From: Oscillospiraceae bacterium
GTDB taxonomy: Bacteria; Bacillota; Clostridia; Oscillospirales; Oscillospiraceae
Reading direction: 5' to 3'
NCBI GenBank assembly: GCA_016296635.1
Contig: JAEDIZ010000001.1
Span: 6,002-70,001 of the forward strand
DNA length: 64,000 nucleotides
Of this stretch, positions 46,868 to 57,651 are shown piece by piece; position 1 is the first letter of the stretch; the number at the start of each line of letters is the position of its first letter. Under the pieces are notes generated by a model. The model saw nothing but the letters and a program-made list of their open reading frames with translations, had not been told where the DNA came from and did not search any database. The position numbers and the translations under genes were made by a program.

Positions 46868-48991
46868 TTGCAAATCTTAACCAGATTCCGTCTGACCGTT
46901 TTTATCGTTCTGATCGTCGTCGTGATCGGTGTCTTTACTCTGCGTCTGTACGGTCTGCAGGGCGCTGTTTCCGAGGAAGATCTGATCGCCGCAGACGCTC
47001 ATTCCATGACCTATCAGACAACGGTCGAGGCCTCCCGCGGCAACATTCTCGACCGGAACGGCAATGTGCTGGTCTCCAACCGCGCCAGCTACAACCTCGT
47101 CATCGTAAACTTTGTTCTGTTCAACACGGACGAGCCCAATGATAACCTTCTGAAGGTGCTGGAACTCTGCGATGAGATCGGCATCAAATACAACAGCCAT
47201 TTCCCGGTCACGCCGGAGCGGCCTTACACCTATGAGATGGAGAATCTCTCCGCGACATGGCAGGATTACTTCCGTACCTTCCTGAAAAACCGCGACTACG
47301 ATCTGGATATCTCCGCCGCCACGCTGATGAAAAATCTGCGCGCCGCATACTCCATCCCCAACGACTGGACGCCGGAGCAGATCTACAAGGTCATCTCCGT
47401 CCGCTACGAGCTGGAACTGCGAAGCATCAGCGGCGTCGGTCTGGAAAACTACACGCTGGCAAACGATGTTGCCGCCGAGGACTTAGCTGTTGTCATGGAG
47501 CTGGGTGTTCCGGGCGTCATCGTGGAATCCGGCACCGTGCGTGAATACAACACCGGCTATGCCGCACATCTTCTCGGCTACATCGGCCCGATCTACGCCG
47601 AGGAATCCGAGTATTACAAAGAAAAGGGCTACGCCCTCAATGCGCAGGTCGGCAAGACCGGCATCGAATACGCCTTCGAGGAATATCTGCACGGCGCCAG
47701 CGGCACCAAGATCACGACCGTTTCCTCCGAGGGCGAAAAGCTGGACGAGTACTATCTCGGCGAGCCGGTGCCCGGCAACAATGTGGAACTGTCCATCGAT
47801 ATTAACATGCAGGCAGTCGCAGAAGATGCTTTGGAAAAAGTCATCCTCACTCTGCGTGACAAAGGTCTCGGCGAAGAAAAAGAAGGCCGAGACGCCGGCG
47901 GCGGCGCTGTCGTTGTGCAGGAGGTCAAGACCGGCGAGGTGCTGGCCTGCGCCAGCTACCCCACCTTCGACTTAAGCACCATGCTGGAAAACTTCGATAC
48001 CCTCGCAGAGGACGAGTATAACCCCCTTTGGAACCGCGCTCTGCAGGCGGCCTATCCTCCCGGCTCCATCTATAAGATGGTCACCGCCATCGCCGATGTG
48101 GATCTGGGTGCCATGGATCCCGGCTTTATCATCGAGGACCAGGGCCTTTACACCCACTTTGCAAACGAAGGCTTCACGCCGAAGTGCCATGTCTGGTCGC
48201 CGACCCGGCCCGCCACCCACGGCCGCATCGACCTGCGGCAGGCGCTGGCCTATTCCTGCAACTACTATTTCTATGAATCCGGCCGTCTGACCTACAACTA
48301 TTACATGACCGAAACCGGTCAGAACCCCTTCGATCTGGTGGCAAAGGCACTCGGCCTCGGCGAGCCCACCGGTGTGGAACTGCCGGAGGTTCTCGGCGTA
48401 CGCGCCAACAAGGAAAACAAGTTCGATATGTACGAAGGCGAAGATTCCACATGGTACTCCGCTGACGTTCTGCAGGCCGTCATCGGACAGAGCCTGAACC
48501 AGTTCACTCCCATGCAGATGTGCTCCTATGTGCAGGCCATCGCCAACGGCGGCACACGCTACAGCGCAACGTTCCTTTCCCGTATCATCTCCTGGGACTA
48601 TCAGAGCCTCATCAAAGAGCATGAGCCCGTTGTCGCCAGCCAATGGCCCATTTCTGAAAAGGCCAATCAGGCGCTGAAGGAAGGCATGCGCATGACTGTC
48701 ACCATCGGTACCGCCAAAAACTATCTGTACGATTACCCCATCCCCGTCGCCTGCAAAACCGGTACCGCCCAGTGGCAGGGTACCACCTCTTTCGGCGGCT
48801 TCGGCAATTCCGACCACGCCTCCTTCGTTCTCTATGCCCCGGCCGATGATCCCGAGATCGCCATCGCCGTGTATGTGGAAAAGGGCGCGCAGGGCGGTAA
48901 TCTGTCCAATGTCTGTATTCCCATTTTGGACTCCTATTTCTCCAGCTCCTCCAAGTACGAAACCGTACTGACCGAAAACGTTCCCAACTGA
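46868..48991 (+). CDS. mrdA: Class B penicillin-binding protein (PBP2/MrdA-like)
   Basis: TTG start; [19 protein letters not shown] (SxxK), SCN (SxN), KTG. Confidence 0.88.
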   Translation: MQILTRFRLTVFIVLIVVVIGVFTLRLYGLQGAVSEEDLIAADAHSMTYQTTVEASRGNILDRNGNVLVSNRASYNLVIVNFVLFNTDEPNDNLLKVLELCDEIGIKYNSHFPVTPERPYTYEMENLSATWQDYFRTFLKNRDYDLDISAATLMKNLRAAYSIPNDWTPEQIYKVISVRYELELRSISGVGLENYTLANDVAAEDLAVVMELGVPGVIVESGTVREYNTGYAAHLLGYIGPIYAEESEYYKEKGYALNAQVGKTGIEYAFEEYLHGASGTKITTVSSEGEKLDEYYLGEPVPGNNVELSIDINMQAVAEDALEKVILTLRDKGLGEEKEGRDAGGGAVVVQEVKTGEVLACASYPTFDLSTMLENFDTLAEDEYNPLWNRALQAAYPPGSIYKMVTAIADVDLGAMDPGFIIEDQGLYTHFANEGFTPKCHVWSPTRPATHGRIDLRQALAYSCNYYFYESGRLTYNYYMTETGQNPFDLVAKALGLGEPTGVELPEVLGVRANKENKFDMYEGEDSTWYSADVLQAVIGQSLNQFTPMQMCSYVQAIANGGTRYSATFLSRIISWDYQSLIKEHEPVVASQWPISEKANQALKEGMRMTVTIGTAKNYLYDYPIPVACKTGTAQWQGTTSFGGFGNSDHASFVLYAPADDPEIAIAVYVEKGAQGGNLSNVCIPILDSYFSSSSKYETVLTENVPN

Positions 48992-49017
48992 TTCGAATTT
49001 GTTCAAGAGGTTATCTT

Positions 49018-50826
49018 ATGACCGATCTTTCTCATATCCGTAATTTCTCCATCGTTGCGCATATCGACCACGGCAAGTCCACGCTGGCAGACCGTCTGCT
49101 GGAGGAATGCCATAGCATCGACAAGCGCGAGATGGAGGATCAGATTCTCGACTCCATGGAGCTTGAGCGTGAGCGCGGCATTACCATCAAGGCGCGCGCC
49201 GTCCGGCTGGACTACACCGCCGATGACGGTGAAAAGTATGTTCTCAATCTCATCGACACTCCGGGCCATGTGGACTTCAACTACGAGGTTTCCCGTTCTC
49301 TCACCGCCTGCGAGGGTGCTGTCCTTGTTGTGGACGCATCGCAGGGCGTGGAAGCGCAGACGCTGGCAAACACCTATCTTGCCATCGACAGCGGACTGGA
49401 GGTTCTGCCCGTTGTCAACAAGATCGACCTGCCCGCCGCAAGACCGGAGGAGGTCAAGCACGAGATCGAGGACGTTATCGGCATCCCCGCCATGGACGCT
49501 CCTGAAATCTCCGCAAAAAACGGCATCAACATCCACTCCGTGCTGGAAATGATCGTAAACGGCGTTCCCGCACCGGAGGGTGACCGCAGCGCGCCGCTGC
49601 AGTGCCTGATCTTCGACAGCCAGTATGATTCTTACCGCGGCGCCATCGTCTATATGCGCGTGGTCAACGGCGAAGTCCGCCCCGGCATGGATGTGCAGTT
49701 CATGGCCACCGGCGCGGTCTATAAGGTCGTAGAGGTCGGCTATCTCAACCCCCTCGGCATGACGCCGGCGGAGGTCCTTGGCGCCGGCGAGGTCGGCTAT
49801 CTGACCGCCTCCATCAAAACCGTTTCCGATACCCGTGTCGGTGACACCGTCACCGGTGTGGAAAATCCCTGCGCCGAAGCGCTGCCCGGATATAAGCAGG
49901 TGCAGCCCATGGTCTTCTCCGGCGTCTATCCCGCAGACGGCTCCAAATACGGCGATCTGCGCGACGCGCTGGAAAAGCTCAAGCTGAACGACGCCTCCAT
50001 GACCTATACGCAGGAAAATTCCATCGCCCTCGGCTTCGGCTTCCGCTGCGGCTTCCTCGGTCTTCTGCACATGGAGATCATCATGGAGCGCCTGGAGCGG
50101 GAGTATAATCTCGACCTCATCACCACGGCCCCCAACGTTGTCTACAAGGTCACCAAGACCGACGGCACCGAGCTGGACGTTTATACACCGCTCAATTACC
50201 CCGATCCGGCGGAGATTGAGCACAGTGAGGAGCCCTATGCAAAGGTCAACCTCATCACGCCGCCGGAATATGTCGGCTCCATCATGGATCTCTGCACCAA
50301 CCGCCGCGGCGAATACAAGGATATGCAGTATCTCGATCCCACCCGCGTGGAACTGCATTATTCCATGCCCCTCAACGAGATCATCTACGATTTCTTCGAT
50401 GCGCTTAAATCCCGCACCAGAGGCTACGGCTCTTTGGACTATGAGCTGGAGGGCTACCGCCCGTCCAAGCTGGTCAAGCTGGATATTCTGCTCAACGGCG
50501 AGATCGTGGACGCGCTGTCCTTCATCCTCTTTGCGGAGAACGCCTACCCCCGCGCGAGAAAGATCTGCGAAAAGCTGAAGGACAATATCCCCCGGCAGAT
50601 GTTCGAGATCCCGGTGCAGGCCGCCATCGGCGGCAAGGTCATTGCAAGAGAGACCATCAAGGCCCTGCGCAAGGACGTGCTTGCCAAGTGCTACGGCGGT
50701 GACATCACCCGAAAGAAAAAGCTGCTGGAAAAGCAGAAGGAAGGCAAGAAGCGGATGCGTACCTTCGGTACCGTTGCCGTGCCCTCCGAGGCCTTCATGT
50801 CCGTGCTGAAGCTGGACGACGAATAA
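49018..50826 (+). CDS. lepA: Elongation factor 4
   Basis: [46 protein letters not shown]. Confidence 0.98.
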   Translation: MTDLSHIRNFSIVAHIDHGKSTLADRLLEECHSIDKREMEDQILDSMELERERGITIKARAVRLDYTADDGEKYVLNLIDTPGHVDFNYEVSRSLTACEGAVLVVDASQGVEAQTLANTYLAIDSGLEVLPVVNKIDLPAARPEEVKHEIEDVIGIPAMDAPEISAKNGINIHSVLEMIVNGVPAPEGDRSAPLQCLIFDSQYDSYRGAIVYMRVVNGEVRPGMDVQFMATGAVYKVVEVGYLNPLGMTPAEVLGAGEVGYLTASIKTVSDTRVGDTVTGVENPCAEALPGYKQVQPMVFSGVYPADGSKYGDLRDALEKLKLNDASMTYTQENSIALGFGFRCGFLGLLHMEIIMERLEREYNLDLITTAPNVVYKVTKTDGTELDVYTPLNYPDPAEIEHSEEPYAKVNLITPPEYVGSIMDLCTNRRGEYKDMQYLDPTRVELHYSMPLNEIIYDFFDALKSRTRGYGSLDYELEGYRPSKLVKLDILLNGEIVDALSFILFAENAYPRARKICEKLKDNIPRQMFEIPVQAAIGGKVIARETIKALRKDVLAKCYGGDITRKKKLLEKQKEGKKRMRTFGTVAVPSEAFMSVLKLDDE

Positions 50827-50847
50827 AAAAGCCTTCGCTGTCGCTCC

Positions 50848-51049
50848 GTCATTGCGAGCCGGCGATCGTGAACCATCCGGTGGACGGCTTTTGACGGCGC
50901 GATGTGGGCATTCCATACGCAAAACCGAAAATGCATATTTCTCTTGGCTCCCCCCCTTTGGGGGAGCTGTCACGCAAAGCGTGACTGAGAGGAAAACCTC
51001 TCCGTCATTTGCTCCGCAAATGCCACCTCCCCTGGCAGGGAGGCAAGAG
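50848..51049. repeat. Palindrome cluster 6 with a head-to-head pair of CCTCTCCG/CCCC-GGGG family units
   Basis: GTCATTGCGAG 50848, linker ATTCCATACGCAAAACCG, inverted pair 50946-51044 closed by CTCTTG/CAAGAG. Confidence 0.75.
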
Positions 51050-51081
51050 CACGATATCATTCACCAAATGGAGGAATCCAA

Positions 51082-52281
51082 ATGGCACTTTTCCCTGTTG
51101 TTGAAAGCAAAAAGAAATCTCTGGGCATCTATGTCCATATTCCCTTCTGCCGCAGCAAATGTGAATACTGCGACTTCTATTCCATCGGCGGCGCCCGCGA
51201 TCAGGAATTGATGGACAAGTATCTCGAGACCGTCATCGCCCATATCCGCGAGGCTGCGCCCGGAGCATCCGGCTATGAGGTGGACACTGTCTACTTCGGC
51301 GGCGGCACGCCCTCTTTCTTCGGCGCAACGGGTCTCGGCAAGATCTTTGCAGAGATCGACCGCCGCTTCGATGTTTCCCGTGACGCCGAGGTCACGCTGG
51401 AGGCCAACCCCGACTCCGTCACCCAGCCTATGCTGACGCATCTGCGCAGAGTCGGCTTCAACCGCATCTCCATCGGCGTGCAGACCGATCTGGACGAGCA
51501 GCTCAAGGCCCTCGGCCGTCCGCACACCTACAAGCAGGCGCAGCAGGCCGTATCGCTTGCAAGACGCGCCGGCTTTGACAACATCTCCGTCGATCTGATG
51601 TTCGGTCTGCCGAACCAGTCCAGAGAGCAGTGGATGAACACCCTGCGCAATGTCATCGATCTCAAGGCCGACCACATCTCCTGCTACGGCTTGAAGGTGG
51701 AGCCCAACACCAGACTCTGGACCTACAAGGACTGCGCAAATCTCCCTGATGATGACGCGCAGGCGGATATGTACTTCTACGCCGTGGAAACGCTGGAGGA
51801 ATTCGGCTATCATCAGTACGAGATCTCCAACTTTGCCAAGGACGGCTTTATCTGCCGCCACAACATGAAATACTGGATGGGCGACGAGTATCTCGGCTTC
51901 GGCCCCTGCGCTGCCTCGGACTTTGCAGGCAAGCGCTTTACCATCGAGCCGGATCTGCAGAAATATATGGACGGCATCCGCACCAAGGGCGTCATTCTCT
52001 CCGAGTGCGACTCCATCCCCATGCGTGAGCGCGCAGGTGAATATATCATGCTGCGGCTGCGCACCGTGGACGGTCTGGAGGCTTCGGAATACACCAAGTC
52101 CTTCCTGCTGCCCTTCGAGCCGCTGGAAAAGAAGCTCCTGCAGCTGCAGAAGAACGATTTCTGCGTGCTGCAAAACGGCCGCTGGCGGCTGACGCCCAAG
52201 GGCTTTATGGTTTCCAATTCCATCATTCTGCAGCTGCTTGATGCGCAGCAGAAGTCCAAGCCGCTGGCAAAGATCCGCTGA
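51082..52281 (+). CDS. hemW: Radical SAM heme chaperone HemW (HemN-like)
   Basis: YVHIPFCRSKCEYCDF, FGGGTPS, DLMFGLP, YEISNF; follows lepA. Confidence 0.9.
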   Translation: MALFPVVESKKKSLGIYVHIPFCRSKCEYCDFYSIGGARDQELMDKYLETVIAHIREAAPGASGYEVDTVYFGGGTPSFFGATGLGKIFAEIDRRFDVSRDAEVTLEANPDSVTQPMLTHLRRVGFNRISIGVQTDLDEQLKALGRPHTYKQAQQAVSLARRAGFDNISVDLMFGLPNQSREQWMNTLRNVIDLKADHISCYGLKVEPNTRLWTYKDCANLPDDDAQADMYFYAVETLEEFGYHQYEISNFAKDGFICRHNMKYWMGDEYLGFGPCAASDFAGKRFTIEPDLQKYMDGIRTKGVILSECDSIPMRERAGEYIMLRLRTVDGLEASEYTKSFLLPFEPLEKKLLQLQKNDFCVLQNGRWRLTPKGFMVSNSIILQLLDAQQKSKPLAKIR

Positions 52282-52355
52282 TAACCACCATATTTTGACA
52301 CTGATTTCCCAATGACCACAGCATATTCCAAAATGCAAATTCAGGCAAAAAAGAA

Positions 52356-52385
52356 TTGACAAATACCCCTTTTGTGGGCTATAAT
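52356..52385 (+). promoter_or_regulatory. SigA promoter of the rpmH operon
   Basis: TTGACA-N18-TATAAT. Confidence 0.75.
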
Positions 52386-52480
52386 GTCAATCGTATGTTC
52401 CATAGGAACGCTCACTTGACTCGCTGCGGCTGACGCGCCGCGTCAGCTGTTGAGCATATTTTTACAGGAGGTGTAGATTC

Positions 52481-52621
52481 ATGGCAACTGTTCGTACCTA
52501 CCAGCCCAGAAAGCGCCACAGATCCAAAGTGCACGGTTTCAGAAAGAGAATGGCTACTGCCAACGGCCGCAAGGTTCTTGCTGCACGCCGCGCAAAGGGC
52601 AGAGCAAAGCTCTCCGCGTAA
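52481..52621 (+). CDS. rpmH: 50S ribosomal protein L34
   Basis: Below ORF-track cutoff: [55 protein letters not shown]. Confidence 0.97.
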   Translation: MATVRTYQPRKRHRSKVHGFRKRMATANGRKVLAARRAKGRAKLSA

Positions 52622-52760
52622 GCCTGATGCAATGCGCCGCATATAAAGCTCACCTGAGCCAAATTGCTTAACCGGGGTGAATGGAACAAGGTTCTGTTCG
52701 CCCCATCTGTTTAACCGGATTTTTTTATGTTCACGCGATACTTCCGGAAGGGCTGATCGT

Positions 52761-53117
52761 ATGCTTTATTCCAAGTCCCTGAAGCTGAATCATGTTTTCC
52801 GTCGGCTCTATCATAAGGGTCACAGCGCCGCCGGCCGTTCCATTGTCCTGTACTGCCGCAAAAACGGCAGCGCGGAAAACCGGATCGGTCTGACTGTCAG
52901 CGCCAAGCTCGGCCATGCCGTGAAGCGCAACCGTCTGCGCCGGCAGCTGCGGGCCATTTACCGGCTGCACGAAAATGAATTTGCCGCCGGATGGGACATC
53001 GTTGTCGTTGCGAGAACCCGTGCCATGCAGGCCCCCTATCAGGAGCTGGAGCGCGATTATCTGCATCTGGCCGGAAAGCTCGGTCTGCTGCGTTCATCCG
53101 ATGAGGCATCCGTATGA
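52761..53117 (+). CDS. rnpA: Ribonuclease P protein component
   Basis: [28 protein letters not shown]; synteny with rpmH. Confidence 0.93.
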   Translation: MLYSKSLKLNHVFRRLYHKGHSAAGRSIVLYCRKNGSAENRIGLTVSAKLGHAVKRNRLRRQLRAIYRLHENEFAAGWDIVVVARTRAMQAPYQELERDYLHLAGKLGLLRSSDEASV

Positions 53118-53326
53118 AAAAGCTCTTTCTTCTTATGATCCGGTTTTATCAGAAACACATCTCTCCCGCGTTTCCGCCCCGCTGCCGATTCAGCCCCACC
53201 TGCTCACAGTACGCACTGGAGGCCATCGAAAAATACGGAGCATGGAAAGGCGGGTGGCTCGCTTTGCGAAGACTCTTGCGGTGCAACCCCTTCAACAAGG
53301 GGGACTACTTTGATCCGGTGCCCTGA
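53114..53326 (+). CDS. yidD: Membrane protein insertion efficiency factor YidD
   Basis: [29 protein letters not shown]. Confidence 0.93.
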   Translation: MKKLFLLMIRFYQKHISPAFPPRCRFSPTCSQYALEAIEKYGAWKGGWLALRRLLRCNPFNKGDYFDPVP

Positions 53327-53381
53327 AGCGCGGGAATACGAACCCCGCATCCCGGCATCCGCCACAAAACGGAGGACAACA

Positions 53382-54758
53382 ATGAAAAGAATTCTGGCTC
53401 TCGCACTGGTTCTGCTTCTCGTTCTCTCGCTTACTTCCTGCGTTGCCGCTCCCGGTGCCGTTCAGGCAAATGTCTATGAGGGCATGACACCCGAAGCCGC
53501 CGCAGAAAAAGCAGCAGATGACACCGCAGACAAAACCAGTATCTCCGACATCATCCGCGTGCCGTTCGGATATCTTCTGGACTGGCTCTATGAGTTCACC
53601 GCCAACTACGGCGTTGCGCTCATTCTGTTCTCGCTGATCGTCAAGATCGTCCTTCTGCCCATGGGCATCAAGAGCAAGAAGAGTATGCTCAAAATGTCCC
53701 GTATCTCGCCGCAGGTCAAGGCTCTGGAAGCCAAATACGGCGATGACAAGCAGAAGTATCAGATGGCTGTACAGCAGCTTTATAAAGAGGAAGGCGTTTC
53801 CATGGGCGGCGGCTGCCTGTGGTCGTTCATTCCGCTGCTGATTCTGCTGCCTCTGTACTACGTCATCCGCGAACCCATTACCTATATGCTCCACAACTCC
53901 CGCTCGGTCTCCGCGGCCATTGTCGCCTACATTCAGGCCAGCGGTGTGGATCTCGGCAAAAACTCCTTCTATGCGCAGCTGTCCGCAGCCAGCCATCTCG
54001 GCCAGTTCGCCGAGGGCCTGAAATCCGTGGCTGTTACCGCAGCAGCAAATCTGAAGGCCATCGACTTTTCCTTCCTGGGCCTCAACCTCGCCGCCATCCC
54101 GACCTTCAGAGTCTGGGAATGTGAAGGCTGGGCACAGATCGGCCTGTTCCTCATCCCCATTATCTCCGGTGCATTCCAGATGCTCTCCATGCTGATCAGC
54201 CAGAAAATGAGCAATCAGATCGTGACCAACGCCGACGGCGAACAGGACAAGGATGCCACCAAGACCGCCAATCAGACCAACATGACCATGATGCTCATGA
54301 TGCCTCTGATGTCCCTCTGGATCGGCTATTCCATGCCTGCCGCTATCTCCATCTACTGGGTTGCGCAGGCAATCCTCGGCACCGTTCAGGAATATTTCCT
54401 GACCATCCACTTCCGTAAGGTTTACGAAGAAGAGGACGCCATCAAGCAGGAGCTGGCAGCCAAGCGCCGTGCAGAAGAGGCTGAAAAGGAAGTACAGCGT
54501 CAGCTCCGCCGGGAACAGAACCCCGACGGCATTCAGGACAATGTCAGCAAGAAGAAGCAGCGTCAGCAGGAAAAGGAAGCCGCTGAACGCGCTGCAAGAG
54601 AATATGAAGCACGTATGAACCCGCAGGCTGAGCAGGACGAGGACAAGCCGCTTTCCGGCGATCCCGAGCGTCCCTACTGCCGTGGCCGTGCTTACCGCGC
54701 CGACCGCTACAGCCGCAAATCCGGCGGCAGCCAGGTGTCGGACGAAACCAAGGAGTAA
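53382..54758 (+). CDS. yidC: Membrane protein insertase YidC/SpoIIIJ
   Basis: Lipobox LTSC, NYGVALILF, LYKEEGVS..GGCL, PAAISIYW; charged C-terminal tail. Confidence 0.9.
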   Translation: MKRILALALVLLLVLSLTSCVAAPGAVQANVYEGMTPEAAAEKAADDTADKTSISDIIRVPFGYLLDWLYEFTANYGVALILFSLIVKIVLLPMGIKSKKSMLKMSRISPQVKALEAKYGDDKQKYQMAVQQLYKEEGVSMGGGCLWSFIPLLILLPLYYVIREPITYMLHNSRSVSAAIVAYIQASGVDLGKNSFYAQLSAASHLGQFAEGLKSVAVTAAANLKAIDFSFLGLNLAAIPTFRVWECEGWAQIGLFLIPIISGAFQMLSMLISQKMSNQIVTNADGEQDKDATKTANQTNMTMMLMMPLMSLWIGYSMPAAISIYWVAQAILGTVQEYFLTIHFRKVYEEEDAIKQELAAKRRAEEAEKEVQRQLRREQNPDGIQDNVSKKKQRQQEKEAAERAAREYEARMNPQAEQDEDKPLSGDPERPYCRGRAYRADRYSRKSGGSQVSDETKE

Positions 54759-54761
54759 ACT

Positions 54762-55718
54762 ATGGAAAAATTCATTATTACCACCGGCAAGACCATTGAC
54801 CTTGCCATTGCAGCTGCTTTGGATCAGCTGAGAATGGATCGGGACAGTGTTTCCGTTGAGGTTCTGGAAAATGCAAAGTCCGGTTTTCTCGGCTTCGGTG
54901 CGCAGCCTGCCAAGGTAAAGGTCAGCTATGAGGTGCCGGATGAGGCACCCAAGCCCGCGCTGTCCAGCGCTTCGCGTTCCAAGCCCAAAAAGCATACCGC
55001 AGAAGCTCCGGCAGAGGCTCCCGTTGTCATCGCTCCCGCCGTTCCTGCCGCATCCCGCCCGCAGGAAGTGCGCGCAGAGCAGCCCAGACAGCCCAAGCCT
55101 GAGCGCAAAGAAAGCAAGCCGGAGCGCAAGGATGCTCCGAAGCAGAACATGTCCGAAAAGCCCGCCGTCAAGGCGGCGGAAAAGGCTGCAAAGCCCGAAG
55201 AGAAGGCAGAGCCGAAGGTCTATGCACCCGCAGAGCCCGGTTCTACGGAAGAGCGCATCGAGCAGTTCCTCAAGGGACTTCTTGAGCAGATGGGCAGCGA
55301 TGCCGTTCCGCACGCCGTCAAGCTTGATGACGAGCAGTACAGCGTGGAGCTGGTCGGCAGCAATCTCGGCATTCTGATCGGCCGCCGCGGCGAAACCCTC
55401 GACGCCATTCAGCATCTGACCAACTACGCCATCAACCGCGGAAGAACTAAGCGCATGCGCATCAGCGTGGATGCGGAAAACTACCGCCTCAAGCGCGAAG
55501 AATCTCTGCAGCGTCTGGCCGTCAAGGTTGCCGGCAAGGTCACCAAGTACCGCCGCAACATCACCCTCGAGCCGATGAATGCGTATGAGCGTCATGTGAT
55601 CCATGCAGCATTGCAGGATCACCCCGACATCACCACCTTCTCCACCGGTACCGAGCCGAACCGCCGCATTGTCGTGGCTTACAGCCGCTACAAGAACACG
55701 GAGTTCGAAGAAAAGTAA
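54762..55718 (+). CDS. jag: RNA-binding protein Jag/EloR/KhpB
   Basis: Jag_N (GFLGFG), P/E/K-rich linker, KH (LIGRRGETL), R3H (ERHVIH); terminator 55725-55757. Confidence 0.92.
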   Translation: MEKFIITTGKTIDLAIAAALDQLRMDRDSVSVEVLENAKSGFLGFGAQPAKVKVSYEVPDEAPKPALSSASRSKPKKHTAEAPAEAPVVIAPAVPAASRPQEVRAEQPRQPKPERKESKPERKDAPKQNMSEKPAVKAAEKAAKPEEKAEPKVYAPAEPGSTEERIEQFLKGLLEQMGSDAVPHAVKLDDEQYSVELVGSNLGILIGRRGETLDAIQHLTNYAINRGRTKRMRISVDAENYRLKREESLQRLAVKVAGKVTKYRRNITLEPMNAYERHVIHAALQDHPDITTFSTGTEPNRRIVVAYSRYKNTEFEEK

Positions 55719-55960
55719 CATGCAGCGCCCTGTTCCGAACCGGGACAGGGCGTTTTTCTGTCTGCACGCAAAAATGCAAAAATCGGTGTTTTCGGGGAAA
55801 CATATTAGAAACACCGATGAAAAACGCGAAGAAATTCGTTCCCGTTTTGTCATTTTTTCTTTACTTTCCCGCGATTATGTGGTATGGTCTACATGGTGCA
55901 TTTTGCCACCGATGAAAACTTTCGATGCAGCACATACTGTTTCCAAAGAGGTTTTGTATT

Positions 55961-57253
55961 TTGATTCGATATACCGTACAGGGCGGCACGAAGCTGGAAG
56001 GCAGCGTTTCGATCTCCGGCGCAAAAAACGCCGCAGTCGCCATTTTGCCTGCCACACTTCTCGTTTCCGGCCCCTGCAGAATAGAAAATGTTCCCGACAT
56101 TTCGGATGTCCGCCTGCTCCTTGAGATCCTCAGCGATATGGGCGCGGAGATCCGCCGTCTTTCCCGCAGCACGCTGATTATCGACTGCTCCCATGCCCGC
56201 AACGCAACCGCTCCCATCGAGCTGGTGCGGCGCATCCGTGCATCGTATTATCTCATCGGCGCAGAGCTGGGGCGTTTCGGCCATGCCCATGTGGCGATGC
56301 CCGGCGGCTGCAACTTCGGTGTCCGTCCCATCGACCAGCATATCAAGGGCTTTGAAGCCATGGGCGCTGTTGTGGAGCAGGCCGGCGGTTATGTCTGCGC
56401 GGATGTTCCCGAGGGCGGTCTGCGCGGCGGCCATGTTTATCTTGATATCGTTTCCGTCGGTGCGACCATGAACATCCTGCTGGCTGCAGTTCTCTGCGGC
56501 GGCATGACCATCATCGAAAACTGCGCCAAGGAGCCGCACATCGTTGACCTTGCCAACTTCCTCAACGCCATGGGCGCACAGATTTCCGGCGCGGGCACGG
56601 ATGTCATCAAGGTTCGCGGCGTAAAAAAGCTCTCCGGCGGCAGCTATACCATCATTCCCGATCAGATCGAAGCCGGCACCTATATGGCAGCAGCTGCTGC
56701 CGTGGGCGGCAACGTGCTGATCGAGAACGTCATTCCCAAGCACATGGACTGCATCACTGCAAAGCTGCGGGAAATGGGTGCAAAGGTCACGGAATATGAC
56801 GATTCCATCCGCGTGGAATCCAAAGGCCGCCTGCGCCGCGCCAATGTCAAGACCATGCCGTATCCCGGCTTCCCCACCGATATGCAGCCGCAGATCGCCG
56901 TATGCATGGCGCTCGCCGACGGCACCAGCCTCGTGACCGAGGGCATCTATGACAACCGCTTCCGCTATACCGCGGAGCTTTGCCGCATGGGTGCAAGCAT
57001 TCAGGTGGAAGGCCGCACCGCTGTTGTGGACGGTGTGGAAAAGCTGCACGGCTGTGAAGTGCGTGCCTGCGACCTGCGCGCCGGCGCTGCCATGGTCATC
57101 GCGGCGATGGCTGCAAACGGCACGACCACCATCGAAGACGCCCATTATATCGAGCGCGGTTATGAGGATATCATCGGCAAGCTTACAGAGCTTGGCGCGA
57201 AGATCCGCCGCAGCGAGGATCTTGACCCAATCAATGAAGCTGCCGCAGGCTGA
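55961..57253 (+). CDS. murA: UDP-N-acetylglucosamine 1-carboxyvinyltransferase
   Basis: Probable TTG start; SGAKNAA, RASYY, PGGCNFGVRP, PGFPTDMQ, DLRAGA. Confidence 0.95.
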   Translation: MIRYTVQGGTKLEGSVSISGAKNAAVAILPATLLVSGPCRIENVPDISDVRLLLEILSDMGAEIRRLSRSTLIIDCSHARNATAPIELVRRIRASYYLIGAELGRFGHAHVAMPGGCNFGVRPIDQHIKGFEAMGAVVEQAGGYVCADVPEGGLRGGHVYLDIVSVGATMNILLAAVLCGGMTIIENCAKEPHIVDLANFLNAMGAQISGAGTDVIKVRGVKKLSGGSYTIIPDQIEAGTYMAAAAAVGGNVLIENVIPKHMDCITAKLREMGAKVTEYDDSIRVESKGRLRRANVKTMPYPGFPTDMQPQIAVCMALADGTSLVTEGIYDNRFRYTAELCRMGASIQVEGRTAVVDGVEKLHGCEVRACDLRAGAAMVIAAMAANGTTTIEDAHYIERGYEDIIGKLTELGAKIRRSEDLDPINEAAAG

Positions 57254-57304
57254 GAACAAAAACAGATTTCGCCCCGAACCAAATCCGGTTTGGGGCGTTT
57301 TTTT

Positions 57305-57560
57305 GTAGGGCAGGAGCTTGCCCATGCTGTTCGATATTCCATATGCAGAACCGAAAACCAGTGTCATTGCGAGCCAGTGACGCGCTTCACTGGCGTGGCA
57401 ATCCGTATATTGAGGGTTTCGCCTCATCCGACACGACGCAATGAAGGCATTGCGCCCTACAAGGTGCGGTTTTCGGCAGGGCGGTGCGGATCGATTTTCA
57501 AAGTGTTGTAGGGGCCGGCGTCCTCGACGGCCCGTAGGGAACGCCGCGACCTACGTTCCG
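57305..57560. repeat. REP-like cluster 7 with a full composite module (57305-57404)
   Basis: GTAG-hairpin + GATATTCCATATGCAGAACCG + GTCATTGCGAG..GTGGCAATCC; further GTAG/CTAC units. Confidence 0.8.
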
Positions 57561-57651
57561 CAAAGCACGCATCGTCCGTATTTCTCCTCTTTCTTTTTTT
57601 CCCGGGATACACTATAATACATATAAGAATATGTAAAAGGGGATGTATGCC

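Noticed and set aside
52668..52728. Hairpin between rpmH and rnpA as a novel RNA
   Set aside because: A simple stem (GGGGTGAATGGAAC/GTTCTGTTCGCCCC) with a downstream T-tract, best explained as an attenuating terminator.
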